Origin: Octopus sinensis
Taxonomy: Eukaryota
DNA: 64,000 nucleotides
Assembly: GCF_006345805.1 (NCBI RefSeq)
Contig: NC_042998.1
Span: 207,142,001 to 207,206,000 of the forward strand
Direction of reading: 5' to 3'
Positions within the stretch are counted from its first letter, which is position 1. The number at the start of each line of letters is the position of its first letter. Positions 63,791 through 64,000 of this stretch are shown here, piece after piece. Below the pieces are notes generated by a model. The model saw only the letters and a list, made by a program, of their open reading frames with translations, made no database searches and was not told where the DNA came from. A program made the position numbers and the translations under genes.

Positions 63791-64000
63791 TAAGAACCCT
63801 TCAGAGAGACACCCTAGTTCTGTTTCTCTTTATGAATGTTGGGAATAATATCCTTAAGCAAGGTCTTTTGTCCACCATTCACAATAAAGGCCTCATCATT
63901 AAGCAGAAGCAATCAAGACATCAGCAGATCCTGTATCTCTCTCTGATCTTGATTATATTGAGGCTGTTGTACTCACAACTCATCAACTAAGTCTTATACA

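Overview
This is repeat-dense eukaryotic DNA, intronic or intergenic, most likely from an octopus or other coleoid cephalopod. That assignment is inferred from my recollection of the SINE/LINE families and the very heavy TA/CA/CAT/AAT microsatellite load; it was not checked by a search. I recognise no host protein-coding gene. The long ORFs in the track are translations of microsatellites, a minisatellite or decayed retrotransposons. The content is: (i) roughly 25-30 5'-truncated copies of an RTE-clade LINE 3' end with a (GAT)n tail and an internal ~60-bp tandem unit, plus RTE endonuclease and RT remnants; (ii) CR1-clade LINE fragments; (iii) at least four tRNA-derived SINE families, one forming ~184-bp head-to-tail multimers with a recurring junction; (iv) Penelope-like element (PLE) remnants carrying type-I hammerhead ribozyme motifs, one of them behind a tRNA-like pol III head; (v) piggyBac-type and Tc1-type MITEs, a Helitron-related element and several foldback elements; (vi) many long inverted repeats, including an unexplained 291-bp near-perfect hairpin at 34088-34378. 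The best leads are the tRNA-headed hammerhead element, the 291-bp hairpin and the SINE multimers. A few candidate exons and promoter motif clusters are reported at low confidence. Repeat boundaries are approximate (about +/-10-20 bp) unless arm coordinates are given.
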